Shown here one piece after another: positions 49,240 through 63,091 of a stretch of DNA of 64,000 nt (the stretch's first letter is position 1; the number at the start of each line of letters is the position of its first letter). The DNA is from Tubulanus polymorphus (taxonomy: Eukaryota > Animalia > Nemertea): contig NC_134029.1 in the NCBI RefSeq assembly GCF_964204645.1, positions 15,246,950 to 15,310,949 of the forward strand. The letters run 5' to 3'. A model generated the notes under the pieces. It was not told the origin of the DNA and searched no databases. It was given only the letters and a program-made list of their open reading frames with translations. The position numbers were made by a program, and so were the translations under genes.

Positions 49240-50517
49240 ATATAGCTGTTAAGCAGCGATAACGGGTTTTCTGCAAAGCCATTCAGGATGATGGGAATTG
49301 TAGAAAATATCGTTAAATCTATCCATAGAATAAAATGCAGTGACAGATTCGAACCTAATAATATTCAACCACTGTGTAAACGTCCAATCTGATTCAGCTT
49401 TGCAACTAAACTTAAGCGGACGTACAATCAATTAATATGAATTGATTCGACCAGGCATTTATTTTGGCATTCAAACTTTATGATACTTTGTTAGCACCAC
49501 ACCACATTATCACCAAAATGACCTGCTCTATTAAGAACTCACCTTAAGAATCTGCTAAGTCGATAGGTTAGTTAATTTACAGATAAGAACGTATTAGGAT
49601 TTGGAATAAATTAAAGGAATTAATCTTTTTATTGAAATATTTGAATAAATACATATATTGTATTTTAGATTCAATCAATAAATTATGAATTTATTTCGTT
49701 TGGGTTTCGGGCTGATGTTGATAAACAATTTATACCTGCAACATGTGTGTCAATATCAAACACCAGTTACGCGTATTTCCTAATAAACGGGACAGTCACT
49801 CTTAGTTAATAGAAAAATAATGTTCATTTCGTTATAGAAATTCATTACCTTTATTTGAAAATTCTATAACAATATTTGTTCTGTCCTAAATTTTATTGGT
49901 GTATGAACCAATGATATGCTTTGTTGATATGATGTAATATAATAGATTTGAATTTGAAATATAGCTGCAAAGCAGCGATGACGGGTTTTCTCAAAAGCCA
50001 TTCAGGATGATGAATTGTTGTAAATTGAAATACCGATACTTAGAATAAAATGCATTGACAGATTTGACGATAGATTGAGTAAATTTACAGATAAGAACGT
50101 ATTATGATTTGGAACAGTTTTAAGGAGTTAATCTTTTTATTGAAATATTTGAATGAATACATATATTGGAGTGTAGATTCAATCGACAAATTATGAATTG
50201 ATTTGGTATGGGTTTCGGGCCGATGTTGATTTCGGCTTTTATGGATTATAAATTCTCTGATAAGCAATTCATACCTGCAACATGTGTGTAAATATCAAGC
50301 CTATTCCACTAGTTGCGTGTGTTTCCTAAAAAACGAGAGAGTCACTCTTGATCTTAGTTATTAGAAAAATAGTGTTCATTTAGTTATAGAAATTCGTTAC
50401 CTTTTTGAAAATTCTATAAAAATATTTGTTCTGTCCTAATTTTTATTACTGTATGAACCAATGATACGTTGTTTATGATGTCATAAAACAAATTTGAATT
50501 TGAATTAAATTTGAATA
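49240..50517. repeat. Two diverged tandem copies (~720 and ~560 bp) of an unclassified repeat, each ending in (ATTTGA)n
   Basis: atatagctg(tt/ca)aagcagcgat(a/g)acgggtttt at ~49240 and ~49959; the same head occurs inverted at ~57650-57675. Confidence 0.75.
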
Positions 50518-50656
50518 TGAGAATCAATCATAACTTGTGTTTTTACCACTTGTCTCTTGTTAACAGTTCCAGAGTTTCAATTAGGCCTACAATCAAATCC
50601 AAATTGTACATGTGACTAAATGAAATGAACTGCTAGTCACTGCAAACCTATTCCAG

Positions 50657-51790
50657 TGTTAATATTTCGATCGAGTTGAATCACTTTGCTTGAGTTGAAA
50701 GAATCAGATCTTCTATGGTATTTAACAACATCGGTCGAAGAGAGATATCTTCATTGGTGTTGACTGTCTTTGACCATCTAACTTCTTGCGTTTGACATTG
50801 GAATCAGCATCATTCCCATTTGAACTGCAAAATATTCATACAACATGAAAACCTACAGTACATGTATACTGTAATCAAACTTTCACCGATGTTGGATATT
50901 TGAATGAACGTTAGGCTTATTTCAGTATTCTAAAGCAGGAAATAATAAGCCCAATCAATATGCCTATTGATATAATAAGAACAGCTGTACCGTACACTTA
51001 TCAGTCAAAATTGGAAAAACCGGTATACCAAACCTACGTACAGCAAAATGTACTGGCCTACAAATGATTTTCTGGTATACAAGCCGTGACCACATGAACG
51101 ATTTGGATCTAGGTTTTACTATTAATGTCAGCAGGTCAGAGAAGGCCTGAGTAAAATTTAATTGCATGGCTCAAGTCAATTAGCCTATCAGCGTGTGAGT
51201 ACTTCTCTGTACTGTTTTAATAATATCGAGTAAATAGTGCATAGACTAAATTAGCCTTTAGGCTATTCCTGACCAAATCCTATCCATGTGATAATGGCAC
51301 CAGTTATAGTTACATCAGTGTATAGGGCCGACGAGAGGGGAAAATTTGTGTTTGTAATACGTTGGCATGATCGGCTTATTGTACTCACTTAATACTTAAA
51401 ACCCTGTTGTTACCTGTACGTGACTGTACGGTGATTTCCACAGGTTAGCCGTATGTGAGTACGTTGACACTCTGACTTGCAATATTGGGATTCAAAAACC
51501 AAACGAAAAAAAAAAATTCCAGCAGTAGTCCAGTGATTTACCCACTGAGCCACAGAACGTAACTGCGGGGTGGATGAAAGTTGATTTACAAATAGTAACA
51601 CCAAACCCTATTCTCTCTTTCACGCATGGAACTCACGTACGGCGTTTGTAGGGAACTCACGTACGGTTTAATTCTATCGGCAGATTATAGGAACTCACGT
51701 ACGGCGTTTGTAGGGAACTCACGTACGGTCACCTTACATTCACGTACGGGTAACAACATAAAATGGTATTGGCTACTATAATAGGCCTAT
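50657..51790. repeat. Dispersed ~1.1-kb repeat, copy 1; copy 2 at ~61072-63800 carries a nested insertion
   Basis: Long near-identical blocks, e.g. catttgaactgcaaaatattcatacaacatgaaaacctacagtacatgtatac, in both copies. Confidence 0.9.
51405..51758. mobile_element. MITE-like unit enclosing a tRNA-like (A/B box) sequence
   Basis: TIR tgttgttacctgtacgtgactgtacggtga / tcaccttacattcacgtacgggtaacaaca; minus strand TGGCTCAGTGGGTAAA..GGTTTTTGAATCCC. Confidence 0.55.
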
Positions 51791-52197
51791 AGACATTAAA
51801 TACGGGTATGACACAAACAAATGCCCGTAAACCTGTTGGACACGCGAACGCTTGACTCGTAAAGTCTTGGACTCGGACCCGCTGAGGAATAAATTCATAA
51901 AATTGACTTTGAAATTGATTGTGGAGAAGAGAGGAAATAGTTCGATAGCTCTTCCTAAAAAAAGAGAGAAATGTCGGAAAGAAATCACAACGTGGCTACT
52001 AATTGAACGGGGCCAAATTTCCGATGTTTACGGCTCGACAGTGCCTTTATAGCGTGGATTTATCAAAATTCCCACGCCGTATCCGGAGATTGAAGTGAGC
52101 TGAATGATATCATACGGATTGTATCGGCAACAGCGGTAAGGTAAGGGAGCCCATGCACTTTTAACAAAAACTGTGTGGAAAAGGGAAGAAAAAAATT

Positions 52198-52351
52198 ATA
52201 ATAATCACGCGAATCTCAATAGGGTTTTCTGTGAAGAAACAGAAAACCCTAATAATAATCACGCGAATCTTAAAAGGGTTTTCTGTGAAGAAACAGAAAA
52301 CCCTAATAATAATCACGCGAATCTCAATAGGGTTTTCTGTGAAGAAACAGA
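52198..52351. repeat. 54-bp tandem repeat, about 3 copies
   Basis: aataatcacgcgaatct..agggttttctgtgaagaaacaga, period 54. Confidence 0.9.
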
Positions 52352-52582
52352 GAACCTTAATTGAATTTGGAAATGAGACAAGCATAAGTTGTGTTCTTTC
52401 CACCTGTATTATTTGTCTCTCGATAACGGTGCCAGAGTTTCAATTGCAATGAAATCCAAATTGGCTAAGTACATAGGCCTATATGAAATAAACTGTTATT
52501 GCTCTAAGCTCTGATGCATGTACGCATGCAAAACGTCGCAGAGAGCGATGCCGGCGTTGGTATCACTGAGGCCGGCTGATGA

Positions 52583-52805
52583 TTGTTTGTTTGTCTTTTT
52601 GTTTGTTTGGCTTTACGTACGTCGTTTAGATCTTGGTTTCCCAAGATTATTCCTATTGGATTGTTCATTTAACCTCACGACGGTACGGCCTTTGAAGTGT
52701 TGCCCGCACACTGTTCGCAGCCAGCAGGACTCGAACCCACTTGTCACTCAGCATTGATAGTGGATTAAACAGCATCACGCCTTATCTCACTGAGCTACCG
52801 AGGCC
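52583..52805 (-). mobile_element. tRNA-derived SINE
   Basis: Minus strand: GGTAGCTCAGTGAG (A box), GGTTCGAGTCC (B box), body, (AAAC)n tail. Confidence 0.75.
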
Positions 52806-53936
52806 GCTCGATTCAATTCTAAAAAAAACTACAGCAGCGGCAAATAACCATCGCAATATTGCAATTTACGACAAAAAAACGCGTAAATTCAATCACTGTT
52901 GTTTAACGCATGGAAAAGATAATAATAGGTATTTTTTTCCGGCGCGCATTACAAAGCGAATCTCTGCCGAGTGCGTAAGAGGGTGCTACCGCTTTATAAG
53001 TGCGCAGCAGGCGGGTAGGGCGTCCTAAAGTGAAAACTTATATTAGAATATAGCCGAATCGAATTTTACAATGTCAGTCAACTGATTGATGATACAACAT
53101 GGTTGTTCTCGGCGTTCTTTACAATGATATTTTCCTCCAATAAACAACTCTGGTAAAATTGAATAAAATGATCTATCTTTATTGGTGATATCGTATCATG
53201 GTGGTAGCCTACCGTTTACCGTTTGATGTTTCGTGTCATCATGAAATGGTTTTAACTTTAATAAACACATACTACTAACTTACACGATCACATACGGGTT
53301 TCAGTCACGAGTAGGCTGCCGTTCCACTGCTCTAGAAATACGTATTCTGACGCTGGAATTAATCCCAAATAATCCCATGGATACTGATAGTTGGAATAAC
53401 AGTGATATCCAAACACTGTGATATTTATAAACCGGAGGTACATAATTTTATGTTTTTCTATTCAGAAGAGGCTGTTACCCGTTCTTTACTGCCAATGTCA
53501 ATGCGGACATATCGCTACGCGATTGTTTAACCCGCTCTCATCTACCAGATAATGAACGATAAAAATGCGATCGAATAACTTTTTGGACCATTTAATCAGA
53601 CATCTGGCGACGCTATGTTGTGGTGAATAATTGAAACATTTTTTAGTCATTTTCAGCTGTTTCTAATGTTTTACGTGAACGGAGTGACAATTTGAAGTTA
53701 CTATGAAAATGGGAACAGTCGGCTATTTTTTCGTACTACTATTTTCGATCCATACTAGCATTGGCATGACGTCATAGACGTCAACCAATGCTAAAAATTA
53801 AATCTAATATAAAATAAATTAATGAATTAAAGAATACATTAGATTATATAATAAGTTTAAATGGTAATATAACAAGTGAAGAACAAGATAAATTATTAAA
53901 AGAATTAATGAATTATTAATTTTTTTATGATATAAA

Positions 53937-55223
53937 TTGGGTTTCCAAAAGCTTTCCAATATAATAATTCAATTAGATATAATATTCCACCTAGATTTTA
54001 TTAGTATTATAACAAATAAAGATGTAGTTTTGCCTTTATTAATTAATTTAGAATTTTATGTTACTGAAATAAAGTTTTTTATGTCTCGAATGGAAAATAT
54101 ATTTAATACATATGAAGTTACTTTTACTCGAGATGAATATAATATATATAAATAAAATCTAATATGAAATATTGGCAGAATCAATTAAATTTTGCTGTCT
54201 ATTGCGCGACAACAGGGTGTGGTATAAGTTGGAATGATCACTTGAACAATTTGTATAACAATTTGTCTTATTCAGATTTAAAATTCATTCTTACAATATT
54301 TAGATTTCACACGTATTTTCAAATTAGAATTATATTAAATGAATTACAATGTCCTTTACCTGGATCGAAATATTTTAATGAATTGGATAATAATATCAAT
54401 CTTTCTAAGTTTTATATAATATGTAATGAATTTAATATAGATATTAATTCCGATTTTAGAGTGCAAGTTAAATTACATGGTGTTGGTGAACAGTTTGAAA
54501 TAAAAAGAATTGATTATTCACATAGAGTTGGTGCCCATCATAATTATAAAATCGATAATGATGATGGTTGGAATAATTTTATTATAGATAATGGTGAAGG
54601 TTTTACAAAGCCTGGAATACAAAGAATAAATCAATCTATTCGAATATATTTAATTTGTATATTAGGTGCACAAGTTGAAACAAGATCACCAATAGTTGGA
54701 AATGATAATACTTCATTTGATGCGCAGAAACAATTTTTAAGTATTTGAAGATTCTATTCATAATGATAAAAATAGATCGATTCCAGAAAACATTGTAAGA
54801 TATCAAAATTATTATAAATCTCATGTAAGATTAGATTATTGTATAGGACCCAATTTATTAATTATTTCTAATGATTTAGTTTTAAAAATGGGAAATACAA
54901 TTGGTTATAATAATTTAATTAAGACCGCAACAATAAATAACAAGTTTGGGTTAAATGATATAAATAAAAAGATTATTACTGCTCCAAAATTAATGGAAGT
55001 TGAAAAAAATAAAAAACATATTCAATCAACTGAAACTAAAACTAAGAATATTAAATTGGATAATGATTCTAAAACAAAAGATTACAATACTACAGAAAAG
55101 ATAAAAACTGATAATATTCAACATGAAATAATTAAAACTAAAAATGAAAATAAATCACATGAAAATATTAAACTAGTTATATCTTGCATAGGTATTATAA
55201 TAGGAGGAATATTATATTTTTAA
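53937..55223 (+). pseudogene. Conserved Polinton/adintovirus protein with C-terminal membrane anchor, disrupted
   Basis: YWQNQLNFAVYCATTGCGISW, FRFHTYFQIR, GFTKPGIQRINQSIR, ILGAQVETRS; C-terminal LVISCIGIIIGGILYF. Confidence 0.6.
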
Positions 55224-55245
55224 TTTTAATTTTTTTGAGATATAA

Positions 55246-56672
55246 ATGGATGTAGAAGGTGTGGAAGGTTATGAAATGGACCCTTTTGATTTTGATGAAC
55301 CCGGCATAACTGATGAACCACAACCTGATTTTAATGAAACTAATATTGATTATGATAATGAAACAGAATATAATAATAATTTAAATACACCTGCAGAATC
55401 ACAATTTGATCCTGAAAAACATGATCCAGATTTTGATCCAGATTTTGTGAAACAAGAATTAGATAATTTACCCAAAATAGATAAATTAGAATATTTAATT
55501 AAAAATTCTAAACTTAATATAAATAATAAAAACTTTAAACGTTTGTTATATAAATTAAAATTTTTAGATAATGGTAAATGTTATTATCATTTGGAAGGTG
55601 ATTATTATATTCATATCACTTATAAAGTTGAAAATAAAATATTAGCAGAATCAACTTTGAACAAATTAGGAACATTTAGAATTAAAAGAATAAGTAATAG
55701 TAATGGAATAACTGATGTTACAAAAGCAGAAAGAGATTATAATTTAAATGCATTTTGCCAAAGAATAGATGAATTATTTGAAATAATCAATAAAAATTTA
55801 GAAACAGAAACAACTTCTGAACTGAATATAACTTCTAAAACTAGTAAACTTAAATCAAATAAAGTTCAAATTGATAAAATTTTACCGAATGGATTAATTG
55901 ATGCAACAGATCAACAATTAGAAGATTAAGATATATTTTCTGATAAATCAATTAGAGAAATTATTAGTATAAGAAATGAAGCTGATAAAATTGCACACAA
56001 TAAAATGATTAGAGATAAAAAATTAATACTTTAAAAAAAGATAAAACTGGAAAATTAAAGAAATAGTATAATTAAAGTTAGATAGAGATAATAAAGTTAT
56101 CGAAGAAATTGAATTTAAAAAAAGAAATGCATATTTAGAAAAAGAAATTGAAAAATTAGAATATAATGTAGAATTTCAGAAAGAGGAAATGAAATTATTA
56201 TTAAAATCATATGATTGTAATATTAATAGATTAAAAGTTATTTTTAAACCAAAAAAAAACAAATTCTAAAGTATCATTGAAAGATAGAACAAAATTATTA
56301 TTTAAGGTAGAAGGTATCACAATCATTTCAACTCTATCATCTGTAACTATGGTATTTCCAACAATAGGTTTAGTTATAGGAAATGCTTTGAAATCTACAC
56401 CTACTCCTAATAAACCGGATAAACCTCCAAATAATAATAATTCTATACAAGATAATGTTAAGGATGGATTAAAAAAATTAGCAAAATATCTATGGGAATT
56501 ATCTAAAAAATCTGCTGCAGCTTTACCCGGATTTATTGCATCAATTGTTGGTTTTGTATTAAAATCTGCTGGAAATATTCTTAGTTTTGCTGCTAACCAT
56601 ATTATTTTATCTTTAATCACAATTGTTAGTGCCATTATTTTTGGATTAGTGAATATGAAAAAGAATAAATAA
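55246..56672 (+). pseudogene. Acidic/coiled-coil protein with hydrophobic-amphipathic C-terminus, disrupted
   Basis: ORFs 55246-55929 and 56277-56672 linked by a coiled-coil-like tract; KKSAAALPGFIASIVGFVLKSAG. Confidence 0.55.
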
Positions 56673-56692
56673 GTAATTTTATTTTTTATTAA

Positions 56693-56890
56693 ATGAGTGG
56701 GAGTTATATAAATCCTCCTAAGAATTCTAGAATATCAAATAATATTAAAGCAGAAAGATCTCATCATATTATTACTCATAATCCTTCTAATATTAATCCT
56801 GATGAAACTTTATATTTTAGAATTCCTCGTTTAAAATACTTTTTTATGTTCCAAATAGTATTCATTTATCAGCTGATATAAAAGTAACTG
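56693..56890 (+). pseudogene. Major capsid protein N-terminal fragment
   Basis: MSGSYINP..IKAERSHHIITHNPSNINPDETLYFRIPRL; same gene order as the fused junction near 37070. Confidence 0.6.
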
Positions 56891-58157
56891 GCCGAGGTTG
56901 TTACTTAGTGGCCACTATATATCTAGCCAATCAGATGTTTGGTATTGATAGAGCCAACCTACGGGTAAAAAATAATGTATCTGATTGGCTTAATAAATAG
57001 AATGGGAAGTGTAATTACAGACTAATGAAGGGTCGGCAGCCAGGCTTTGTTTAGGCGTGAACTTTGGCCGGAGGCAATCAAACCGGGCAAGCGAGGATGG
57101 TCTAAGACAATGGAAATTCAAATTCAAAATGCCTTTATTGCCCCATAATGACTAAAATCAGTGTTGCTTTTGTACAATAGAAAATGGAATATAAATAATA
57201 TAGAAATATGAAAAATATTAATTAGCAGTAGACATGTGATTATTTGACATAGTATAAAACATGAATTTATGTGTTGACAGTGAAAAAAGCCTCTAACTCA
57301 AGAAGTTTTTGGAAATACCTTTTCATGAGGATTGAATATCTAATGATATTCAGAAGTAGCAAGTATTTCCTGTGTCAATAATTTTCGCAGTATCACAAAT
57401 TAAGCCTGTATTATTCGACGGATTCAACATGGTGTCTCTCCATGCGATCGTGCGACAAAACAATGTCCAGCCAATGTTCCACGATAGTAGCGCCCCATCC
57501 ATAGGCATAGCATCCCCAACGTTTGTAACCAGTTTCATGGTTGTATGCCTTGGCCTAGTGCCACATTAGGTTCAAATCGCCAATATTTAGAATTTTGATT
57601 TCTATTATTTCCTTAATTTCGAATACGAAAGCAGTTGCAGCCCAAATTCCTGTTATCGCTGCTTTGCAGCCATATTTATTATTATTATAGTTTACATTTC
57701 ATATCAGCGTTGTTATCGTTGTTATTATCTATCAGAGGCTAATACATCGGGCACTCATCCGATGCAAAAAAGAAATACCACAGAGCTGATGATTGTAATC
57801 AACGTCACCTTATCACCATTCTTAAAAAAGCTTTGCTGATCGCAGCGTTCGAACCGGACATGCTATATCAAAATATCCACCGTCAAAATGGGAAGGTAAT
57901 CAAGGTAGTTTTGCGACCTTGGCAAAACCCTTTTTCTGGATACAATATCTAAAGTAGTGGCTGGAATTACACATCAGACAATTCGACACTCCATGTTAAT
58001 TCGATCGAAAGCAATTACCGGGGACTAAAATGGAATACATACCATTGTGTCCAGTTTCACCAGTATTCTGAAATTTATGAAATTAGGAAAGGGTCAAGAC
58101 AAGCATTAGTTTCCAGCGCACAAGAAATAACCGCTATTATATTGCTATACTATACAG

Positions 58158-58280
58158 ATATCAATGAATGTAAGTCACTAAAGCTGTGCGTTAATGGGCG
58201 CTGTGTGAATAATGATGGAAGCTTTACTTGTCTATGTAACACTGGATGGATACTATCTACTGATAGGAGCTACTGTATCG
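58158..58280 (+). CDS. Fibrillin-like gene exon: cbEGF
   Basis: tacag|..|gtaat, 123 nt; DINECKSLKLCVNGRCVNNDGSFTCLCNTGWILSTDRSYCI. Confidence 0.9.
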
Positions 58281-58396
58281 GTAATGAGCATTTCATTGTC
58301 TGCATATTCAATTGAACTGAGAGTTTGAATGATGAACGAGATCTATAATATACCTACTTTATCGCATTGTTCGAATCGTTTTATTTTCAATTCCAG

Positions 58397-58522
58397 ATAT
58401 AAATGAGTGTGCTAATGATAACGATTTGTGTCTAAATGGTGATTGTCTCAACTCCCCGGGAAGTTTTAGATGCAGGTGTCCACATGGCCTTACGCTGTCA
58501 ACAGATGGGAAGAGTTGCAAAG
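58397..58522 (+). CDS. Fibrillin-like gene exon: cbEGF
   Basis: ttccag|..|gt, 126 nt; DINECANDNDLCLNGDCLNSPGSFRCRCPHGLTLSTDGKSCK. Confidence 0.9.
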
Positions 58523-59524
58523 GTGCTGTGAGAATATTTAACTGACTGCTTAATTTTCTTATTAGCAAATCATCATTTTTCATTCATTTAGTATTTTTTT
58601 GCGAATACTGTAAGGCAGCGATAGTTTGTTTCCCATATAGCTGTGCCTTGCCTGCGTTGGAAATAACCGTGAAGGATGTTTGCGAGATGCAAATGAGTAC
58701 GTACATAAACTTACGTACAACGGATAGAAATAGCTTCTTTATAATAAGAACGAGTCTTGTCGTGCGAAATAGAGTGTGACTGAGAAGCAACAGTCAAACA
58801 AGAAAAATTGTCAAATTTTCAGGCCATACAACCATTCTCTTAGCCCTGTGTATTCTCAGCGTCAGAAAAGGATCGCTAAATCTCCCTCTAAATTAATCAG
58901 AAAAAAAGATTTTCGTTAAAACTAATCTACATGTACGATTGCTCTTTATAAAACATTTACATCATTATATACAATCTTCTTGTTCAGTTAATAAGTCACA
59001 AAAGAATGAAAATTGATTCATGGCGCACGATGGCGACACATCCTTATCATTCTACAGGGCCTTTCCCCAGGGGCGTCACCAGAGGGGGTGGGTGTGGATG
59101 ACCTTCCTTTGTATGGCCCTGCATCGACGTGTCTGTCTGCCGCTACCGCTGCATTATCATATCTATCTATAACTACTGTTGTATGAGATTTTATGCAGAC
59201 GTACAGCAGGGCTTGAAAATTTTGTTGGACATGAGATGAGGTCGCTAAAATGTAGTATGAATTGTGTCCACCAGGGACCGCATTGAAAACAATTTTTATG
59301 CGATTGAGCCATTATTTAACCTAGATCGTGGTAATCAGGTATTAAATGGTCCGAGGTACATTCTTTTTAAATTCACTTCGCTGTATTATAAATTGTTGCC
59401 TCCACGGGAGGGATCTTTGAAAATGCACGGTAGCATGATGTGGCCTTAATTTCTTAAGATATATATCTAAGATATGGTACCAGATTTGACATAGTATGAG
59501 GTTCATTCTATTAGCCATACAATA

Positions 59525-60451
59525 TTTATATCCCCGGCTCAACTTTAGTTGAGAGGGGGCATATAGATTTACCCGTGTCTGAGTACGCCTCCGCCGCTGC
59601 CGCAAATGATGTTATGAGCCTAGAGGCCGCAATTGTTGACCGATTGTTTTCAAACTTGGAACACAAGTAGGATATCACTTTGGGCCCGAACCCTATTTAG
59701 AATTGGGTCGATTCGACTCGAATTATGGCCACCAGGGGGTTGACATGAAAAACGACATTAACAGCCTAAAGGCCGCAATTGTTGACCGATTTATTTCAAA
59801 CTTAGTACACAAGTAGGATATCACTTTGGGCCAGAACCCTATTTAGAGTTGGGTCGATTCGATTCAATTCATGGCCACCAGGGGGCCGATATGAAAAACG
59901 ACGTTAGCAGTCTAGAGGCCGCAATTGGTGACCGATTCATTTCAAAGTTGGAACACAAGTAGGATATCATTTTGGCCAGAACCTTATTTATGATTGGGTC
60001 GATTCCATTGGAATAATGGCCACCAGGGGCCGACATGAAAAATTACGGTAATAGCCTAGAGGCCTCGAATGTTAACCGATTTATTTTAAACATGGCACAC
60101 AAGTAGGCCACTACCCTACTGGGCCACTACCTCACTTGGGCCAAAACCCTATTTAAAATTGGGTCGTTTCGATTCAAATTATGGCTACCAGGGGCCGACC
60201 TGAAAAACAACCTTAACAGTCTAGAGGTCGCAATTGTTGACCAATTCAAATTATGGCCATCAGGGCAAAACAACCTGGAGGCTGCAACTGTTGATCAATT
60301 TTTTACACTTTGTGTCTATGTTCTCTAATATCATTCTTATAGAAATGATTGTGGCCATAATATTTCGAACGCATTTACCACAAACCCTGTAACTTCACAT
60401 GGCGGCGAATTTCAGGCAGGGGGCATTGGAGGCTCTGCCTCATTCTAGTTT
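59525..60451 (+). mobile_element. Helentron-associated (HINE/DINE-like) element with an internal ~146-bp tandem array
   Basis: 5' hairpin ctcaact-tt-agttgag; 4-5 units starting gaggccgcaattgttgaccgatt; 3' ggggcat + hairpin gaggc-tct-gcctc + ctagtt. Confidence 0.7.
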
Positions 60452-62091
60452 CCTAGACCCCAGTGTTTTCAATTGGTGAAGACAGCGTTTCTCGATTGTC
60501 ACCTGAATAATTGGTCTAGTATATATACGCATAGCTTATAGGCGGGGACGTCAGAGTCATCTAGTTGTACCCAAATTCCGTTTGTCATAGTTCAGAATTT
60601 TATCTTTTTTTTCACAATCCTGATATTCTTCTGCTATTTTGCCTACAAGGCCCAGAGAACAACCTTCATAAGCAACGAAATTCAGGAATTATGAGTGTTT
60701 ATGAAAGCAATTTCAAGGATTCATTAATGCTCGTTCGCCTTCGGCGATCGCGAATAACGTGCAAAGTATGGCATATAAGGTGTGTTCACAAGCCAATATT
60801 TAGACCGGTCTAATTTAGAACGGACCAAGCGTTCACACAGGCAAAAATACCGTTCAAAAATAGACCAGCCTAGTTTAGACCGGTCTAATTAGGCATGGTC
60901 TAAAAGATCGAACCAGGTCTGGTACAAATTTGGGACCGGTCTAAATCTATGTGTGTGGACAGAAACTTGTTACCAGGTCCGGTCTAAATCGTAATTCTGC
61001 GATAGATGTCACAACCTCTGCAGTAGAGTGTTAGTCCAGTTTATTAAGTTTTAAATGCTTTGATTACCTAGTGTTATGTCGATCGTGTTGAATCACTTCG
61101 ATTGAGTTAAAAGAATCAGATCTTCTATGGTGCAACATCGGTCGAAGAGAGATATCTTGGTGTTGACTGTCCTTGGCCATTTAACTTCATGTGTTTAATG
61201 TACATTGGAATCAGCATCATACCCATTTGAACTGCAAAATATTCATACAACATGAAAACCTACAGTACATGTATACAGTAATCAAACTTTCACCGATGTT
61301 GGATATTTGAATGAACGTTTGGCTTATTTCAGTATTCTAAAGCAGGAAATAATAAGCCCAATCAATAGGCCCCATTCCCATTGGTACAATTGTATAATGC
61401 GTACAGCTATACCGTACACTCATCAGTCAAGATTGGAGCAATCGGTATACCAAACCTACGTACAGCAAAATGTACAGGCCTACAATGACTTCTGGTATAC
61501 AAGCCGTGACCACATGAACTTTTTGGATCTATTAATGTCAGCAGGTCAGAGAAGGCCTGAGTAAAATTAAATTGCACGGCTCAAATCAATTAGCCTTTCT
61601 GCGTGTGAATACTTCACTCTATTATTTTAAAAATAGGCCTATCGAGTGAATTGGTGCATAGACTTAACTAGACTTTTGGCTAGTCCTGACCAAATCCTAT
61701 CTATATTATAATGGCACCAGTTATAGTAACATCACTGTAGGGCCGACGAGAGGGAAAAAGTTGTGTGTGTAGTACATAGGCATGGTAATACTTAAAACGC
61801 TGTTGTTACCTGTACGGTGATTTCTACAGGTTAGCCGTATGTGAGTACGTTGACGCTCAGACTTGCAATATTGGGATTCGAAACCAAACGAGAAAAAAAA
61901 TCCAGGAAGAAAGACACTCTATATATTTGGATGGATATATGAAAGCTGTGGGTACTGGAGTGTGTAATGTGTAGTGTAGTGTGATCTGTGTGCATTTGTG
62001 GCCAGCACACAGATCACATTGTTCAATGGGGTTTGGTCCAGGACTCACGAGATTTTCAACAACACGGAAGTAACGTGTAATAAATGATGAC

Positions 62092-63091
62092 TCAAATTCA
62101 AATTCAAATCAATTTATTCATCATAAAAAACAGACAAGTTTGTTGATGATACATGAATTAAAGGATTACAATGTGACACATTTAACATGATAAAATATTG
62201 ATTATATACATAATGAAAAACCGACGTAATACTTTCAAATGAGGTTAACGCAAATAACAATTTACATTATCATTATCATTATCAATCAGATGTTGACAAT
62301 TCTACGAGTCGTATTAATATGACACTATTGTTTAATTAATTATTTAATACATTGATTGGTGTATTTCGCCACATTCAGTAAATCACTACCAGTACTTATT
62401 TGGTTATTAAAAACAGCTGACAATTCTTCAAGATTATTTATATTTATCATATACTTATCACGTGGAATGGAAAATTTATTGCACCTAAACAGGAAATGTT
62501 CTTCATTTTCTACTAATTGACAACTTGCACAAAGACGATCATTGGGCTCTAGACCTAAATATCTCCCTTTTTCAATCATAAGTCCATGCGAAGAAGTCCT
62601 CAATTTGCAAACAGATGATCTCATAGAAAAGTTTTTAATACATATTCAGTATTTTTCCAGATAGAAGCCTTTTTTGATTTTGTTATAGAAGATGTATCTG
62701 CTGTATGATTAATGTCGTTAATTTCGGATTTCCAATAGGCTATAAAATGATTTTGTAATGACACTTTTACCAGTTTAATATTTCCTCTAAAGCTATCCCA
62801 AATATGCGAGAGCTGCAATATACACAGAAGTTCTTTAATACCTGACTGATAATTGTTAGGCTTATCTATATCACCTATACTATCCAGGAATGATGTATGT
62901 ACAAGCGATTCATTTTTTGATGAGCTCATAATGGAGCACCAATATTTCACAACTGAAGATAAAATGGCTATATACAGAGGAAATTGTCCTAGGTCCCCTA
63001 ACATAGGGAGAACAGGAGATCTCCTGTTTATACCTAAAATTATGCGGTAGAACTTCATTGACTTGACTTGAATTGCATGACTACCTACCAC
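62092..63091 (-). pseudogene. 5'-truncated LINE 3' end (RTE-X/CR1-like) with (ATTTGA)n tail
   Basis: KFYRIILGI..LGDLGQFPL; KLRTSSHGLMIEKGRY..RLCASCQLVENEEHFLFRC. Confidence 0.8.

Larger units (their letters stand above)
53790..56890 (+). mobile_element. Polinton/adintovirus remnant D (structural gene block)
   Basis: AT-rich, densely coding, TAAATG starts; homology to 37075-37125 (LKDRxKLLFKxEGITI); ends in a capsid N-terminus. Confidence 0.75.

Noticed and set aside
51470-51570. tRNA genes here and at 52720-52805
   Set aside because: A/B boxes are present but I could not form a cloverleaf; both lie in repeats (MITE, SINE)
52198-52351. Possible CRISPR array or repeat-protein ORFs
   Set aside because: Contiguous 54-bp units with no unique spacers, no cas genes, eukaryotic context; the ORFs are by-products of the repeat
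59600-60300. Regular repeats resembling CRISPR
   Set aside because: Whole ~146-bp units are homologous, so it is a tandem array inside a transposon
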